From assembly GCA_902785275.1 (NCBI GenBank), contig CACZYB010000003.1, positions 1 to 64,000 of the forward strand: 64,000 nucleotides of DNA. Reading direction: 5' to 3'. The stretch's first letter is position 1. Each line of letters opens with the position of its first letter. This stretch comes from an uncultured Pseudomonadota bacterium (GTDB lineage Bacteria; Pseudomonadota; Alphaproteobacteria; Rs-D84; CACZYB01). This document shows positions 39,131 to 48,538 of the stretch, piece by piece. The position numbers and the translations under genes are program-made. Under the pieces are notes generated by a model, which had not been told where the DNA came from, ran no database searches, and was given only the letters and a program-made list of their open reading frames with translations.

Positions 39131-40392
39131 TATTCATACCTCAAAACATCAATTGGTTGCATCTTTGCGGCCTTTCTTGATGGGTAAATTGTTGCCAAGA
39201 ATGAAATAGTAAGTGACATTGCAACAACCCAAAATACTTCGGCATAATCAATTTTTGATGGAAGTTCGGAAAGGAAGTATACATCTTCTGGGAATAATTT
39301 AGTTCCGGTCAAAGCTTGGAATATCTGACGTACAACCTCAATATTCTCACTTATCAAAACACCAAGAAGAACACCACTTATTGTTCCAACAACACCAATA
39401 AAACTTCCACTTAGGAAAAAGATTTTCATAATATTCGCACGGGTTGCACCAACAGTCCTTAACACTGCGATATCGTGTGATTTATCCTTTACCAACATAA
39501 CAAGACTTGAAATAATATTAAATGATGCAACAAGGATTATAAGTGTCAAAATCAAAAACATAACGTTTCGTTCAACAGTTAGAGCAGATACAAATGAAGA
39601 GTTTTGTTTTTGCCATGAAATAGTTCTGTTCATTGGAGCAATCATTTTTGTAATGGTCTTACCAATTTTTTCCGCATCATCAGGACGTTCAATGAAAATT
39701 TCGATATAATTAACCACACCCTCCATATCAAGGAAGTTTTGAACATAATCGAGTGGCATATAAATAAAGTTTGTATCATAGGTTGACATACCTGTATTAA
39801 ACATTCCGCCAACTGTGTATTGCTGTATTCTTGGCACAGTACCAAATGCTGTAATATTACCCTTTGCAGTTGTAATAGTTATTTCATCGCCTTCAAAAAC
39901 GCCAAGTTTTCTGGCCAATGTTGTACCAATGAGTACTTCTCCATCCTTTAAATCCGATGGATTAATCCCCTTTAATCCATTATATAAAGGTGTTATTTTT
40001 GAAAGATCGGCATAGTCAATTCCGCGAAGCATAAGCCCCATAGAATTACCATTTGCAGAAACCATAACCTGTGATTCAATTATAGGAATAATTTTCATTT
40101 TTTCATTGTGAAGTGATGGTATATTACGTATGGATTTTGCAACTTCTTTGTAATCCTTTATATCCTCGCCAGCAAAATTTGAAACAACAGTTACATGACC
40201 GTTCATACCTAAAATTTTTGCCAACATATCATCACGAAAACCGTTCATTACTGACATAACAATAATAAGGGTTGCTACGCCTAATGATATACCTATAAGA
40301 GAAAGCCATGTTATAATAGAAATAAATCCATCTTTTCGTTTGGATTTAAGATATCTCCACGCAACCAAAAACTCGAATTTTTTAAAAGACAT
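39130..40392 (-). CDS. lolC: Lipoprotein-releasing ABC transporter permease LolC/E
   Basis: RYL, LIIVMSVMNGF, VKDK..DIAVLRT.GA, YFLSELP, LRYE terminus. Confidence 0.95.
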   Translation of the reverse strand: MSFKKFEFLVAWRYLKSKRKDGFISIITWLSLIGISLGVATLIIVMSVMNGFRDDMLAKILGMNGHVTVVSNFAGEDIKDYKEVAKSIRNIPSLHNEKMKIIPIIESQVMVSANGNSMGLMLRGIDYADLSKITPLYNGLKGINPSDLKDGEVLIGTTLARKLGVFEGDEITITTAKGNITAFGTVPRIQQYTVGGMFNTGMSTYDTNFIYMPLDYVQNFLDMEGVVNYIEIFIERPDDAEKIGKTITKMIAPMNRTISWQKQNSSFVSALTVERNVMFLILTLIILVASFNIISSLVMLVKDKSHDIAVLRTVGATRANIMKIFFLSGSFIGVVGTISGVLLGVLISENIEVVRQIFQALTGTKLFPEDVYFLSELPSKIDYAEVFWVVAMSLTISFLATIYPSRKAAKMQPIDVLRYE

Positions 40393-40401
40393 TGTGAAAA
40401 C

Positions 40402-41697
40402 CTATTTATTTTTTTCTTCAAATGGACGAACAATTTTTATAATTCTTGGGCTTAATAAAACAACCAATTCAGCATTAGGTGGAATGATTGTTTCCTTGCC
40501 TTCTACAAAATATTGTGTAGGAATACCAATTATAAGTATGTTATCGCCAAGACGACTTGGAACAGTGTATTTTGCGATATCACCATTTGATGTTCTTAGA
40601 ACAATAGTGTTATCGAGCTTTCCAACATATTTATCGTTTGGCAAGAATTGTGTTTGGTTCAAAATATTTAAATCTGTTTCTAGACGAAGTTCCCTTCCGC
40701 AACGACCAATATCAAAACGACCTTGCCATCTGTCTGGAACAATAAAGGTACCACTAGAAACAACAACTGTGTTTGCCTGTGGGTAAAGAAATTCATTTAA
40801 CGAATCACGATTAAAGTTTGATGAAACAACCAATGCACGACCAATAATACCCTTTTGTGAAAGTTTAATAGAGCCAGCATTAAATGCCTCTAAAATATTC
40901 ATCCATTTAATGTTTCCATCCAGATTTTTTGGGTAAACACGCAAAACATCAATATCATAAGCGATAAGATAGTTTTCAATAGAGAATTTATTTACAATAT
41001 TTCTTACCTTATCTTCGGTAACAATATCACCTTGGAAAATGATGATTTTATCTTCCCAATCGATAACGATATCATCAATATCGGCACCGCGAAGAGCATC
41101 TTCCATACCAAGTATTACATCGTTTGAAAGAGGAACGTGTAAATTCCACTTTGCATAACGTTTAAGTGTAATTCTTTTTATTCTGTTATCATAGTTATAA
41201 TAAACACCACCCAAAGATGTGATTAAATCAACAACTTGGGTCAAATTACCACTGATTTCCTTTTGTGATAAAACCTTATAGAAAGAATCAGTTGCATAAA
41301 CCTGGATACCGGTATTTTTAAGCAAAATTCTTAATACTTCATCAACAGATTTTTTTTCAAATGAAAGGTTATCCACCTTTAAATCAGGAAGAGGATCCCC
41401 CTTGTCCACACGTTCAAGCAAAAAATCACGACGATCAAATGGTTGGGATGAAATAAGTTGTTGTGTTTCCCAATCAACCTCACATCTTAATGGAGTTTCG
41501 ATATTAAACTTTTCAACATTTTCAAGTGTACGTGATGGTGTCTTATCAAACACAGGAACGTAATCATTTACCTGTACATCATAAGAAGTTGTTTCAATAT
41601 ATGGTTGTTGAACAGGAGTTTGAATAACGTTTGTATCATCAGAACAAGATGCAATAAACAAACAGGCTATGGTGTATATTATTTTATTTAACTTCAT
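40402..41697 (-). CDS. Secretin-like lipoprotein (compact, PilN/BfpB/TcpC class)
   Basis: Lipobox IASC; STN/N0-like LSFEKKSVDEVLRILL; N3-like IIFQGD..DKVRNIV; terminal ELVVLLSPRII secretin motif. Confidence 0.6.
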   Translation of the reverse strand: MKLNKIIYTIACLFIASCSDDTNVIQTPVQQPYIETTSYDVQVNDYVPVFDKTPSRTLENVEKFNIETPLRCEVDWETQQLISSQPFDRRDFLLERVDKGDPLPDLKVDNLSFEKKSVDEVLRILLKNTGIQVYATDSFYKVLSQKEISGNLTQVVDLITSLGGVYYNYDNRIKRITLKRYAKWNLHVPLSNDVILGMEDALRGADIDDIVIDWEDKIIIFQGDIVTEDKVRNIVNKFSIENYLIAYDIDVLRVYPKNLDGNIKWMNILEAFNAGSIKLSQKGIIGRALVVSSNFNRDSLNEFLYPQANTVVVSSGTFIVPDRWQGRFDIGRCGRELRLETDLNILNQTQFLPNDKYVGKLDNTIVLRTSNGDIAKYTVPSRLGDNILIIGIPTQYFVEGKETIIPPNAELVVLLSPRIIKIVRPFEEKNK

Positions 41698-41771
41698 TTT
41701 CGTTCCTATCTTACCCTGTTATTTTAATAAAAGTTTTTTATAAATGCTATAAAAAAATTTAAATAAATATT

Positions 41772-43154
41772 TTATGCATTATTTGTATCATTTTTTACTT
41801 CGTCTGGGATTACGACTTCGTTATTTTTTTCGTTTTTATATGTATTTATAATATCACGAAGTTCGTTTCGACCACCTTCGAAAATAGTTTGGATTTCATC
41901 ATCTGATTTTTGAGATAAAATCTTTTCACCTGTTTCAATAAGGTAGTCAATCACATCCAAAATAAAACCATAATTTTTATAATCTTCTACACTTGCAGAA
42001 TTTTTATATAAGGAAATTGCAGACATAATTTCCCTTGATTTTGATAAAAATTCTTGGATTTTCTTAAAGTTTTGAAGTAACCAATCAATATTTACTTCTT
42101 GATTACTTTGATTTTTAATGTTTTTACTTTTATTTTTAGAAGATTTTACTGATTTTTTTGTTTTTACAGAATCTTCGAAAACAACCACGTCCTCTTTTGA
42201 AGGAGATGGAGCAACAGGTAAGTTTTCCTTTGCTTTCTTTTCAGCAAGTTCAGCTTCAAGATTTTTCTTTCGTAATTCGATGTCACGAACCTTTTGTAAA
42301 ATACGTTCTTTTAATTGTTTACGATATTCGATATTTTCTGCTGAAAGGTTTTCTTCAGAAGCATCATCGTCGTCTTCGTCATACCCTTCATCTTCATCAG
42401 TACCACCTTTCACATCAGACTTATTTTCTGGTTCTTCATTTGTAGAAGCGTCCACTTCAACACTTTCAGAAGCTGGTTCAGCTGGAGCAGGAGCAATTTC
42501 TTTCTCTACATCTTCTTCCTCAACAACTTCAACTTCGGCAGGAACAGAATCTTTGGTATCAATTTCTGTTTTTTCTTCTGTATCAGAAGTTGAAGTTTGA
42601 GTATCTTCCTCAGGTTCCACTTCAACCTCTTCGACAGAGATTTCAGTATCTGTATTAGCTTCTGCTACATCTTCCTCTACCACATCATTTTTAACATCAG
42701 AATCGTCAGATACAGGCGCTATATCATTCTGTACAGGTTGAGATTCCGAGGTATTCTTTGATACATCGAACATAGAATTTAATTTTTCGAAAAGGCGTTC
42801 ACCTTCTATACCAAACTTTGAAAGATATGATTTATATTCAGGCATAGATTTTAAAAGCTCTGCAGATACCGGTTTTATCCCCTTTATTATTTGAAGAGCA
42901 GAAGTCCAGATTGACAATGCCTTTTCATACTCCATAACATTTTTGAATTTGGATAAATACTTTCCTTTGTATTCCGAAGGAAGTGAAGCGATATACATTT
43001 CCAAATTAAATTTCCAATTATTACCAAAATATTTAAAGGCAATTTCAGAAAAATTTCTTAATGTTTTTATATCACTATCAAAGTTATCCAAAGCATCAAA
43101 AACATCTTGGATTGAAACTTCGTCTTTGTTAAAAAGTTTTTTAAAAAAATTCAT
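41772..43154 (-). CDS. Hypothetical protein with a long acidic low-complexity linker
   Basis: Long ORF with host-like codon use; N-terminal domain shared with the neighbour 43170-43961. Confidence 0.8.
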   Translation of the reverse strand: MNFFKKLFNKDEVSIQDVFDALDNFDSDIKTLRNFSEIAFKYFGNNWKFNLEMYIASLPSEYKGKYLSKFKNVMEYEKALSIWTSALQIIKGIKPVSAELLKSMPEYKSYLSKFGIEGERLFEKLNSMFDVSKNTSESQPVQNDIAPVSDDSDVKNDVVEEDVAEANTDTEISVEEVEVEPEEDTQTSTSDTEEKTEIDTKDSVPAEVEVVEEEDVEKEIAPAPAEPASESVEVDASTNEEPENKSDVKGGTDEDEGYDEDDDDASEENLSAENIEYRKQLKERILQKVRDIELRKKNLEAELAEKKAKENLPVAPSPSKEDVVVFEDSVKTKKSVKSSKNKSKNIKNQSNQEVNIDWLLQNFKKIQEFLSKSREIMSAISLYKNSASVEDYKNYGFILDVIDYLIETGEKILSQKSDDEIQTIFEGGRNELRDIINTYKNEKNNEVVIPDEVKNDTNNA

Positions 43155-43169
43155 TTTCCCCCTTTTGGC

Positions 43170-43961
43170 CTATGCAATCAAAGCCTGAACTTTTTCAAAT
43201 AAATCTTGGCCACCCTTTCCAAACATACTTAAATATTTTTTATAATTTTCAAGGTTTGCAGAAATTTCCTCTTTTGATTTTTGTTTTGGATTTTTTACCA
43301 AAGAAGAACATTCTTGCCATACATTAAGTGCAGAATCAAAAATACATAAGTTTTCAAAACTCTTATTTAATGAATATTTGTCCTCTGAGCTTGCATCATT
43401 TGCAATAAGATTTTTAATTTCAATTTTCCAATTTGGGCCTAAATCTTTCACAACATCACTAGATTTAAATTTTTCCAAATCTTGTGGTGTTGCTTTGAAA
43501 TTGCGAATCAAATCGAATAAAACTTTTACATCTTCATTTTCAGATGGTGCAACCTCTACAACTGGTTCAGACTTTACTTCTGTAGAAGAAACTTCTACAG
43601 TCTGTTTCTGTTGTGGATGAGGCGATGTTGGTCTACTGAAATCAGTATATTCAAGGAAAAGTTCTTGGGTTTCAAAAACATCCTTTCCAAAAGGAAGAAG
43701 ATCTGCATCTATTTTATTTATAGGTGTTGTTCCATCCTTTAGGTTTTTAATATGCTGATAGAACTTTGATCCACCAGAAAGTTCCGGTAAAATACTTAAA
43801 ACATCATCTGGAAGAGAAAGAAAATCTTTGTTCAATGCTTCTATACCAGCATTTATAACATGAAGCTGATGAAAAATATTTAAATATTTTCTACCGATTG
43901 CAAGAGCACGTTCGTGAGCCTGGAATTCGGCAAAATTCAAATCTTTTTTATTTTCTGTCAT
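43170..43961 (-). CDS. Hypothetical protein sharing a domain with 41772-43154
   Basis: C-terminal G.NWK..AL..W..YK.YLS.FG..G..LFEK domain. Confidence 0.8.
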   Translation of the reverse strand: MTENKKDLNFAEFQAHERALAIGRKYLNIFHQLHVINAGIEALNKDFLSLPDDVLSILPELSGGSKFYQHIKNLKDGTTPINKIDADLLPFGKDVFETQELFLEYTDFSRPTSPHPQQKQTVEVSSTEVKSEPVVEVAPSENEDVKVLFDLIRNFKATPQDLEKFKSSDVVKDLGPNWKIEIKNLIANDASSEDKYSLNKSFENLCIFDSALNVWQECSSLVKNPKQKSKEEISANLENYKKYLSMFGKGGQDLFEKVQALIA

Positions 43962-44010
43962 ACTTAACTTAGGGATTTTTAATAAAACCCCTACCCCTCA
44001 GTTAAAAGTT

Positions 44011-45009
44011 TTAGTTCATTGATATAAGTATAACTCTTTGAAGTGAAGAAACATCTGATGGTGTTAATTCAATTTTTTCATCTGGATTATACATAACACC
44101 ATAGAATTTTCCGTCAATATCTTCTTTTACACTTATCAAACGAACTTCCATTTTATCTTCCATATCGGAAAGAACTTGAACAGCAATATCACCACTTCTT
44201 ACTGCTTGGTTTGAATCAACGAACAAGATAGAACGTGTTGGGATTATGTTACCAAGACGACGTGATGAAAGTTCAAGAGCATAAATGCTTTCAACTTTTT
44301 TATCTGACATTGGGTAAACGATATAATCTTTGTCGTTTTTATCAACAATCATATTTCCATTTTCCAAAGTCTTTGAGTATACAAGAACTTTGTTGAACTT
44401 TATAACACCAGATGGAGTGTAAACATTTTCTGTTGTTTTCAAGATATCACTCATCTTTGAAATAGAGTCGATTGGATTTGTATTTGCATTTATGAAACGG
44501 TCAAGACTTCCATCTTTCTTAAGTTCATAAATTTTTGTTAAAATTTCTTTTGTTGTCATACCAAGGGCACGAGCGATGCTGAAAAGTTCTTGTTCATAAA
44601 CTTCACGTTGACCAATTTCAATTCTGTGATAAACAGAAAGTGTAAGACCAGCAGCTTCAGCAACTTCAATTAATGTTAAATCTTTATTTGTACGAATAAA
44701 TCTTAGACCAGCACCGAAAATTTTAAGACCATTGTTTTGGTTAAGTTGAACACGACGTTCAATTTCTTTTTTCCATGCGTTAAGGATGATTTCGTCATCT
44801 TCCTCTTCTGAAATAAAAATATCTGTCATAGAACAGCCAAGGAAGTTTGCAACAATCATCATTTGCTCTTGGTCGATTTTTCTGTAACCTTTTTCAATTT
44901 TGGAAATCGCAGAAAGACTTACGCCAAGTTTATCAGCCAAATCTTGCATAGACTTTCCAGCCATTTTTCTTAGCACTCTTATTTTATTAGGGAAAATAAT
45001 TTCTTCCAT
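44011..45009 (-). CDS. Tandem XRE-HTH regulator with a degenerate S24-like C-terminal domain
   Basis: Two HTHs (SMQDLADKLGVSLSAISKIEKG; TLIEVAEAAGLTLSVYHRIEIG). Start at ATG 45009 after GGAG. Confidence 0.85.
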   Translation of the reverse strand: MEEIIFPNKIRVLRKMAGKSMQDLADKLGVSLSAISKIEKGYRKIDQEQMMIVANFLGCSMTDIFISEEEDDEIILNAWKKEIERRVQLNQNNGLKIFGAGLRFIRTNKDLTLIEVAEAAGLTLSVYHRIEIGQREVYEQELFSIARALGMTTKEILTKIYELKKDGSLDRFINANTNPIDSISKMSDILKTTENVYTPSGVIKFNKVLVYSKTLENGNMIVDKNDKDYIVYPMSDKKVESIYALELSSRRLGNIIPTRSILFVDSNQAVRSGDIAVQVLSDMEDKMEVRLISVKEDIDGKFYGVMYNPDEKIELTPSDVSSLQRVILISMN

Positions 45010-45248
45010 TTTTGTACTCCTTATATGATTTTTAGACTTTATAGACAATACTATATAAATGTTTTTTCCAAAATTCCACTATTTTTTTCATTTTTTCACA
45101 ATATTTTTTCAAAAGATGAAAAATCAATATGTTAAGCCATCTCTTTTAAAGTTAATTTCCGGAAAAATATTTTTTCAATAAAAATTTAGAGGATTAAGAA
45201 ATAGAATCAGTTTTTAGTGTTTTTCTTTTTAAAAAATCAAAGATTTGC

Positions 45249-45277
45249 TTGACATTTTGTTAAAATACATATATCAT
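45249..45277 (+). promoter_or_regulatory. Sigma70 promoter of rpmJ
   Basis: TTGACA-N17-TATCAT. Confidence 0.7.
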
Positions 45278-45308
45278 ACCGTTCATAATTTAGAAATGTG
45301 AGGTTAAA

Positions 45309-45431
45309 ATGAAAACTAAAAGTTCTTTGAAATCAGCTAAGAAACGTGGAAATGTTCAATTAATCCGTCGTGGTAAAAGAGTTTTTGCAATTGATAAAAA
45401 GAACCCTAGATTTAATGCTAGACAGGGTTAA
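45309..45431 (+). CDS. rpmJ: 50S ribosomal protein L36, Zn-free type B (missed by the ORF track)
   Basis: Manual translation [47 protein letters not shown]. Confidence 0.95.
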   Translation: MKTKSSLKSAKKRGNVQLIRRGKRVFAIDKKNPRFNARQG

Positions 45432-45465
45432 TTTTTTACGTTTATCTAAAATGATAGTTTAAAAT

Positions 45466-45490
45466 GGTGGCTTTCGGGCCACTTTTTTTT
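45466..45490 (+). terminator. Intrinsic terminator after rpmJ
   Basis: GTGGC..GCCAC hairpin with a TTCG-containing loop and a T-run. Confidence 0.8.
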
Positions 45491-45574
45491 ACTATTTGTG
45501 GGAGAAATCACCCTAAAAATACAAAAAAATACCTATTTAACATAGGTATTTGGAGTTTTTTAATATAGTCTGGA

Positions 45575-46753
45575 TTATTTTTTATCTTCAGTATTATCTG
45601 ATTTTTCAGAATCGGTTTTATCTGCCGAATCCTTAGCTGAACCTTCTACCCCAGCGGAAGATGCATTATCAGAGGAAGAAGTTACTTCTGTATCAGAAGA
45701 ATCGACAGCTTCGGTATTCTCATCTGCTTTTTCGTTTTCTTCAAACTCTTTCTTTGCATTCTTAAGTTCACGTTCCTTCTTGGATACGTTAAGTTCCTTT
45801 TCTTCAAGTTCAATCTTTTTTGACTTTGCATCAGTTACAGCATCAGCTCTGTTAAGAAGAATCTTTGCAAGTTTAGCAGAAGAATCCAAAACCTGTGTCT
45901 TTTTATCAGCAGCATTCTTCATCAATGCAGTATCATATTCTGTACAGTTAGAATCAATTTTTGTTTGCATTTCTGTATTTGTTGCGATACCACAATTTTG
46001 TACTATCTTTTTTGTTTCCTTTTTACAACTTTCAAGGCTTTTCTTTGAAAGATTCATTGCAATAGTTGTATCCTGAATAGAAACACTTTCAATAATACTT
46101 GTTTTACCGGCAAGTAATTCATCGTTTTTATCAATGATTTCTTCGGTTAAAAAATCCAAAATTTTACCATCTTTTAAACTTCCGTCATCAAGAGCACTTA
46201 AAATATATTCATAATATTTTGCGGTCCCTTTTAGCGAACCAGTTAATGGATTTTTTATTTTTACAGATGAATCACCGTCTTTAACACTATTTTCCTTTAT
46301 ACCATAGTTTTGGTAAAGATATATGTTATATACACTATCTTGTTTACTTTTATCCTTTATATTGTAAACACAATAGAATTTAGATGAAAGAGATGATAGA
46401 ATAGAAGGTTCGTTTAAAAACTTACATTCACCATTCAAAAGTGTTTCAAGATTATCAATCATACATTGTTCGGTTTTTGAAATTTCTTCGGTTTGATCGC
46501 CTTCTTTGGCATCATCTTTTGATTTAGAGCTTTTATCATCCTTTTTATCTTTCTTAGAAGAAGATTTTGTTTTTTTTGATGTCTTCTTTTTTTCCGAAGA
46601 TTTAGACTTTTCTTTTGCCTTTGAAACTAAGCCAGAAGCCGAGCTTGCGGAACGAACACTGTGTTTTTGCTTTTTCTTTTTTGCAGCGAAAGAAATACTT
46701 GAAAATTCAAGAAGCAAAACAAAACATAAAATTATTTTCAAAAACCTTTTCAT
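45575..46753 (-). CDS. Secreted Cys-containing protein with K/S-rich N-terminus
   Basis: Signal peptide (..SISFA), poly-K/S tract, paired Cys, coiled-coil and acidic tail. Confidence 0.8.
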   Translation of the reverse strand: MKRFLKIILCFVLLLEFSSISFAAKKKKQKHSVRSASSASGLVSKAKEKSKSSEKKKTSKKTKSSSKKDKKDDKSSKSKDDAKEGDQTEEISKTEQCMIDNLETLLNGECKFLNEPSILSSLSSKFYCVYNIKDKSKQDSVYNIYLYQNYGIKENSVKDGDSSVKIKNPLTGSLKGTAKYYEYILSALDDGSLKDGKILDFLTEEIIDKNDELLAGKTSIIESVSIQDTTIAMNLSKKSLESCKKETKKIVQNCGIATNTEMQTKIDSNCTEYDTALMKNAADKKTQVLDSSAKLAKILLNRADAVTDAKSKKIELEEKELNVSKKERELKNAKKEFEENEKADENTEAVDSSDTEVTSSSDNASSAGVEGSAKDSADKTDSEKSDNTEDKK

Positions 46754-46765
46754 TATAGGACACTC

Positions 46766-48094
46766 CTAAAATGCATTCTTTAATTCTTCATCTGTTGGAT
46801 AACCATCAATACCCCAACCCGCAGGTATAGGAAGAGTAAATTTATCAACAGTACATCCGATACCAATAGTTCTGAATAAACCGATAGAACCAGATTTACG
46901 GTTATCACCAATTTTTGTTTGTTCACCATTAGGGCCAATAAGGTAGCAAGATTCATGACATCCAGCAACCAAATCCTTGAAGTCACCACTCTTATCATCG
47001 CAACGAACAACATGGCCTGGATTAAACCACTTTTCCTGTGTTGTACCACACTTTGAAAGTATTGTACAAGAGTCTGCGGCATATTGAACTTGATACAAAC
47101 ATTTTCCCTTTGTAATAATTCCCATGGAAGAACGGCAAGATTGTGCAACTGCCTCTTTCTTTAATGCCTTATTTACAGCCTTTCTTAAATCCTTAAGAAC
47201 AACCGCTTTGTTTTCTTCACATTTTCCATAGTTGATAGATTGGCATTTTTTAAGATTTGCCTCAAGCTTTGCATGTTCCTTACAGAACCTATATTCCTCA
47301 CCACATTCTGTTTTCAAACAATTTTCATATTCAACAAAACAAGCATTAGTATCAAGTTGATTTAATTGTTTATATTGTTGTTCTTGATACATTTCTTGGT
47401 TCTTTTGAGCTTGAACAAGCAAACCTTGTGCAGCATCTGCTTTTTCCTTTAAAATAGAAGTATATGCAGCACAATCTGTTTCAATTAATGTATTATATTC
47501 TTGTTCTTTTTTTGAATGTTTATCACTTTCTTCTGGCAAAAAAGCTTTACATTCAGAATAAGCCTTCTTATAAAGTGGAAGACCTTCTGCAACCAAAGTT
47601 TTTGTATCAACCTTTTCCGATGCCATAGTTTTTGCCTTTCTCTCAATAGTGTTAATGTTGTTATAAACATTACCAACGGCATCACTTAAACCTGAGGTAT
47701 TAGAAACATACATCAAAGCTTCCATTTCTTTGTTTTGTTTATCAGCTTTGTTTTGGATTTTTTCAATATCTCTTAAAACCTTTTCAATACGACCAAGTTG
47801 AGTAGAACAACGACATCTTCCCCTGTCGTCATCACCATCTTGTTTACAAATTTTATCCATACAAGAGGTATATTTATCTTCACTAGGTTCTTCTTCTGTT
47901 TCAGATGATGTATTTGTTGTTTTTGACGAAGAAACTCTTACTGTTGCAGAAGCCAATTTACGGGCAGTACGTCCCTGACTTGTTGTACCACGTTTTGCAG
48001 AGCGAGCAGATCTTCTTGAATTAGCAGCATAAACAGAAAAATCAATTGTTCCAATAAAAATAAACGATATTAATAATAATAAAAATTTTTTCAT
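46766..48094 (-). CDS. Secreted Cys-rich protein
   Basis: Start MKKFLLLL at 48094 with a GGGAGA RBS; signal peptide, R/S-rich tract, many Cys. Confidence 0.8.
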   Translation of the reverse strand: MKKFLLLLISFIFIGTIDFSVYAANSRRSARSAKRGTTSQGRTARKLASATVRVSSSKTTNTSSETEEEPSEDKYTSCMDKICKQDGDDDRGRCRCSTQLGRIEKVLRDIEKIQNKADKQNKEMEALMYVSNTSGLSDAVGNVYNNINTIERKAKTMASEKVDTKTLVAEGLPLYKKAYSECKAFLPEESDKHSKKEQEYNTLIETDCAAYTSILKEKADAAQGLLVQAQKNQEMYQEQQYKQLNQLDTNACFVEYENCLKTECGEEYRFCKEHAKLEANLKKCQSINYGKCEENKAVVLKDLRKAVNKALKKEAVAQSCRSSMGIITKGKCLYQVQYAADSCTILSKCGTTQEKWFNPGHVVRCDDKSGDFKDLVAGCHESCYLIGPNGEQTKIGDNRKSGSIGLFRTIGIGCTVDKFTLPIPAGWGIDGYPTDEELKNAF

Positions 48095-48229
48095 AATATA
48101 AATTTTCTCCCTTATATGTGGATATTGTACCATAAAACAAAGGAAAAATCAAAAAAAATATTTATATTGAAATAAGTCAAATTTTACACTATATATAAAT
48201 TATAGCTAACAAAAGAAATGGAGGTCACC

Positions 48230-48526
48230 ATGGTAATACAAGTTATAGGTCAAAGCTTTGATGTAGGAGAAGCTCTCACAGAACGTGTGAAGTCTACTAT
48301 TGAAAAGAAAGTTTCAAAATATAATCAGGAGTTGATTGGTGCTAATGTCGTTTTTACACAGGCTCCTCATAAAAAAGTGAATGCTTCTGTTAAATTACAA
48401 CTTAAAGGCTTAGATTTGTTCGCAAAATCCGATGATGATGATGCTTATCTTGCTTTTAATTCAGCAATTACAGATGTTGAAACTCAACTTCTTAAAAATA
48501 TGGAAAAATTAAAATCTCATAAATAA
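48230..48526 (+). CDS. hpf: Ribosome hibernation promoting factor (short HPF/RaiA)
   Basis: IQVIG..DVGEAL..K..KY, D.Y.AF..A...E.QL pattern. Start after GGAGGT at 48230. Confidence 0.9.
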   Translation: MVIQVIGQSFDVGEALTERVKSTIEKKVSKYNQELIGANVVFTQAPHKKVNASVKLQLKGLDLFAKSDDDDAYLAFNSAITDVETQLLKNMEKLKSHK

Positions 48527-48538
48527 AAAGGTGATTAT

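Noticed and set aside
42118-42600. Ser/Phe-rich antisense ORFs (also 26589-26807, 45780-46076, 56242-56484 and many other short ORFs in the track)
   Set aside because: Shadow frames of Glu/Lys-rich or highly biased genes on the opposite strand or in another frame; no family motifs.
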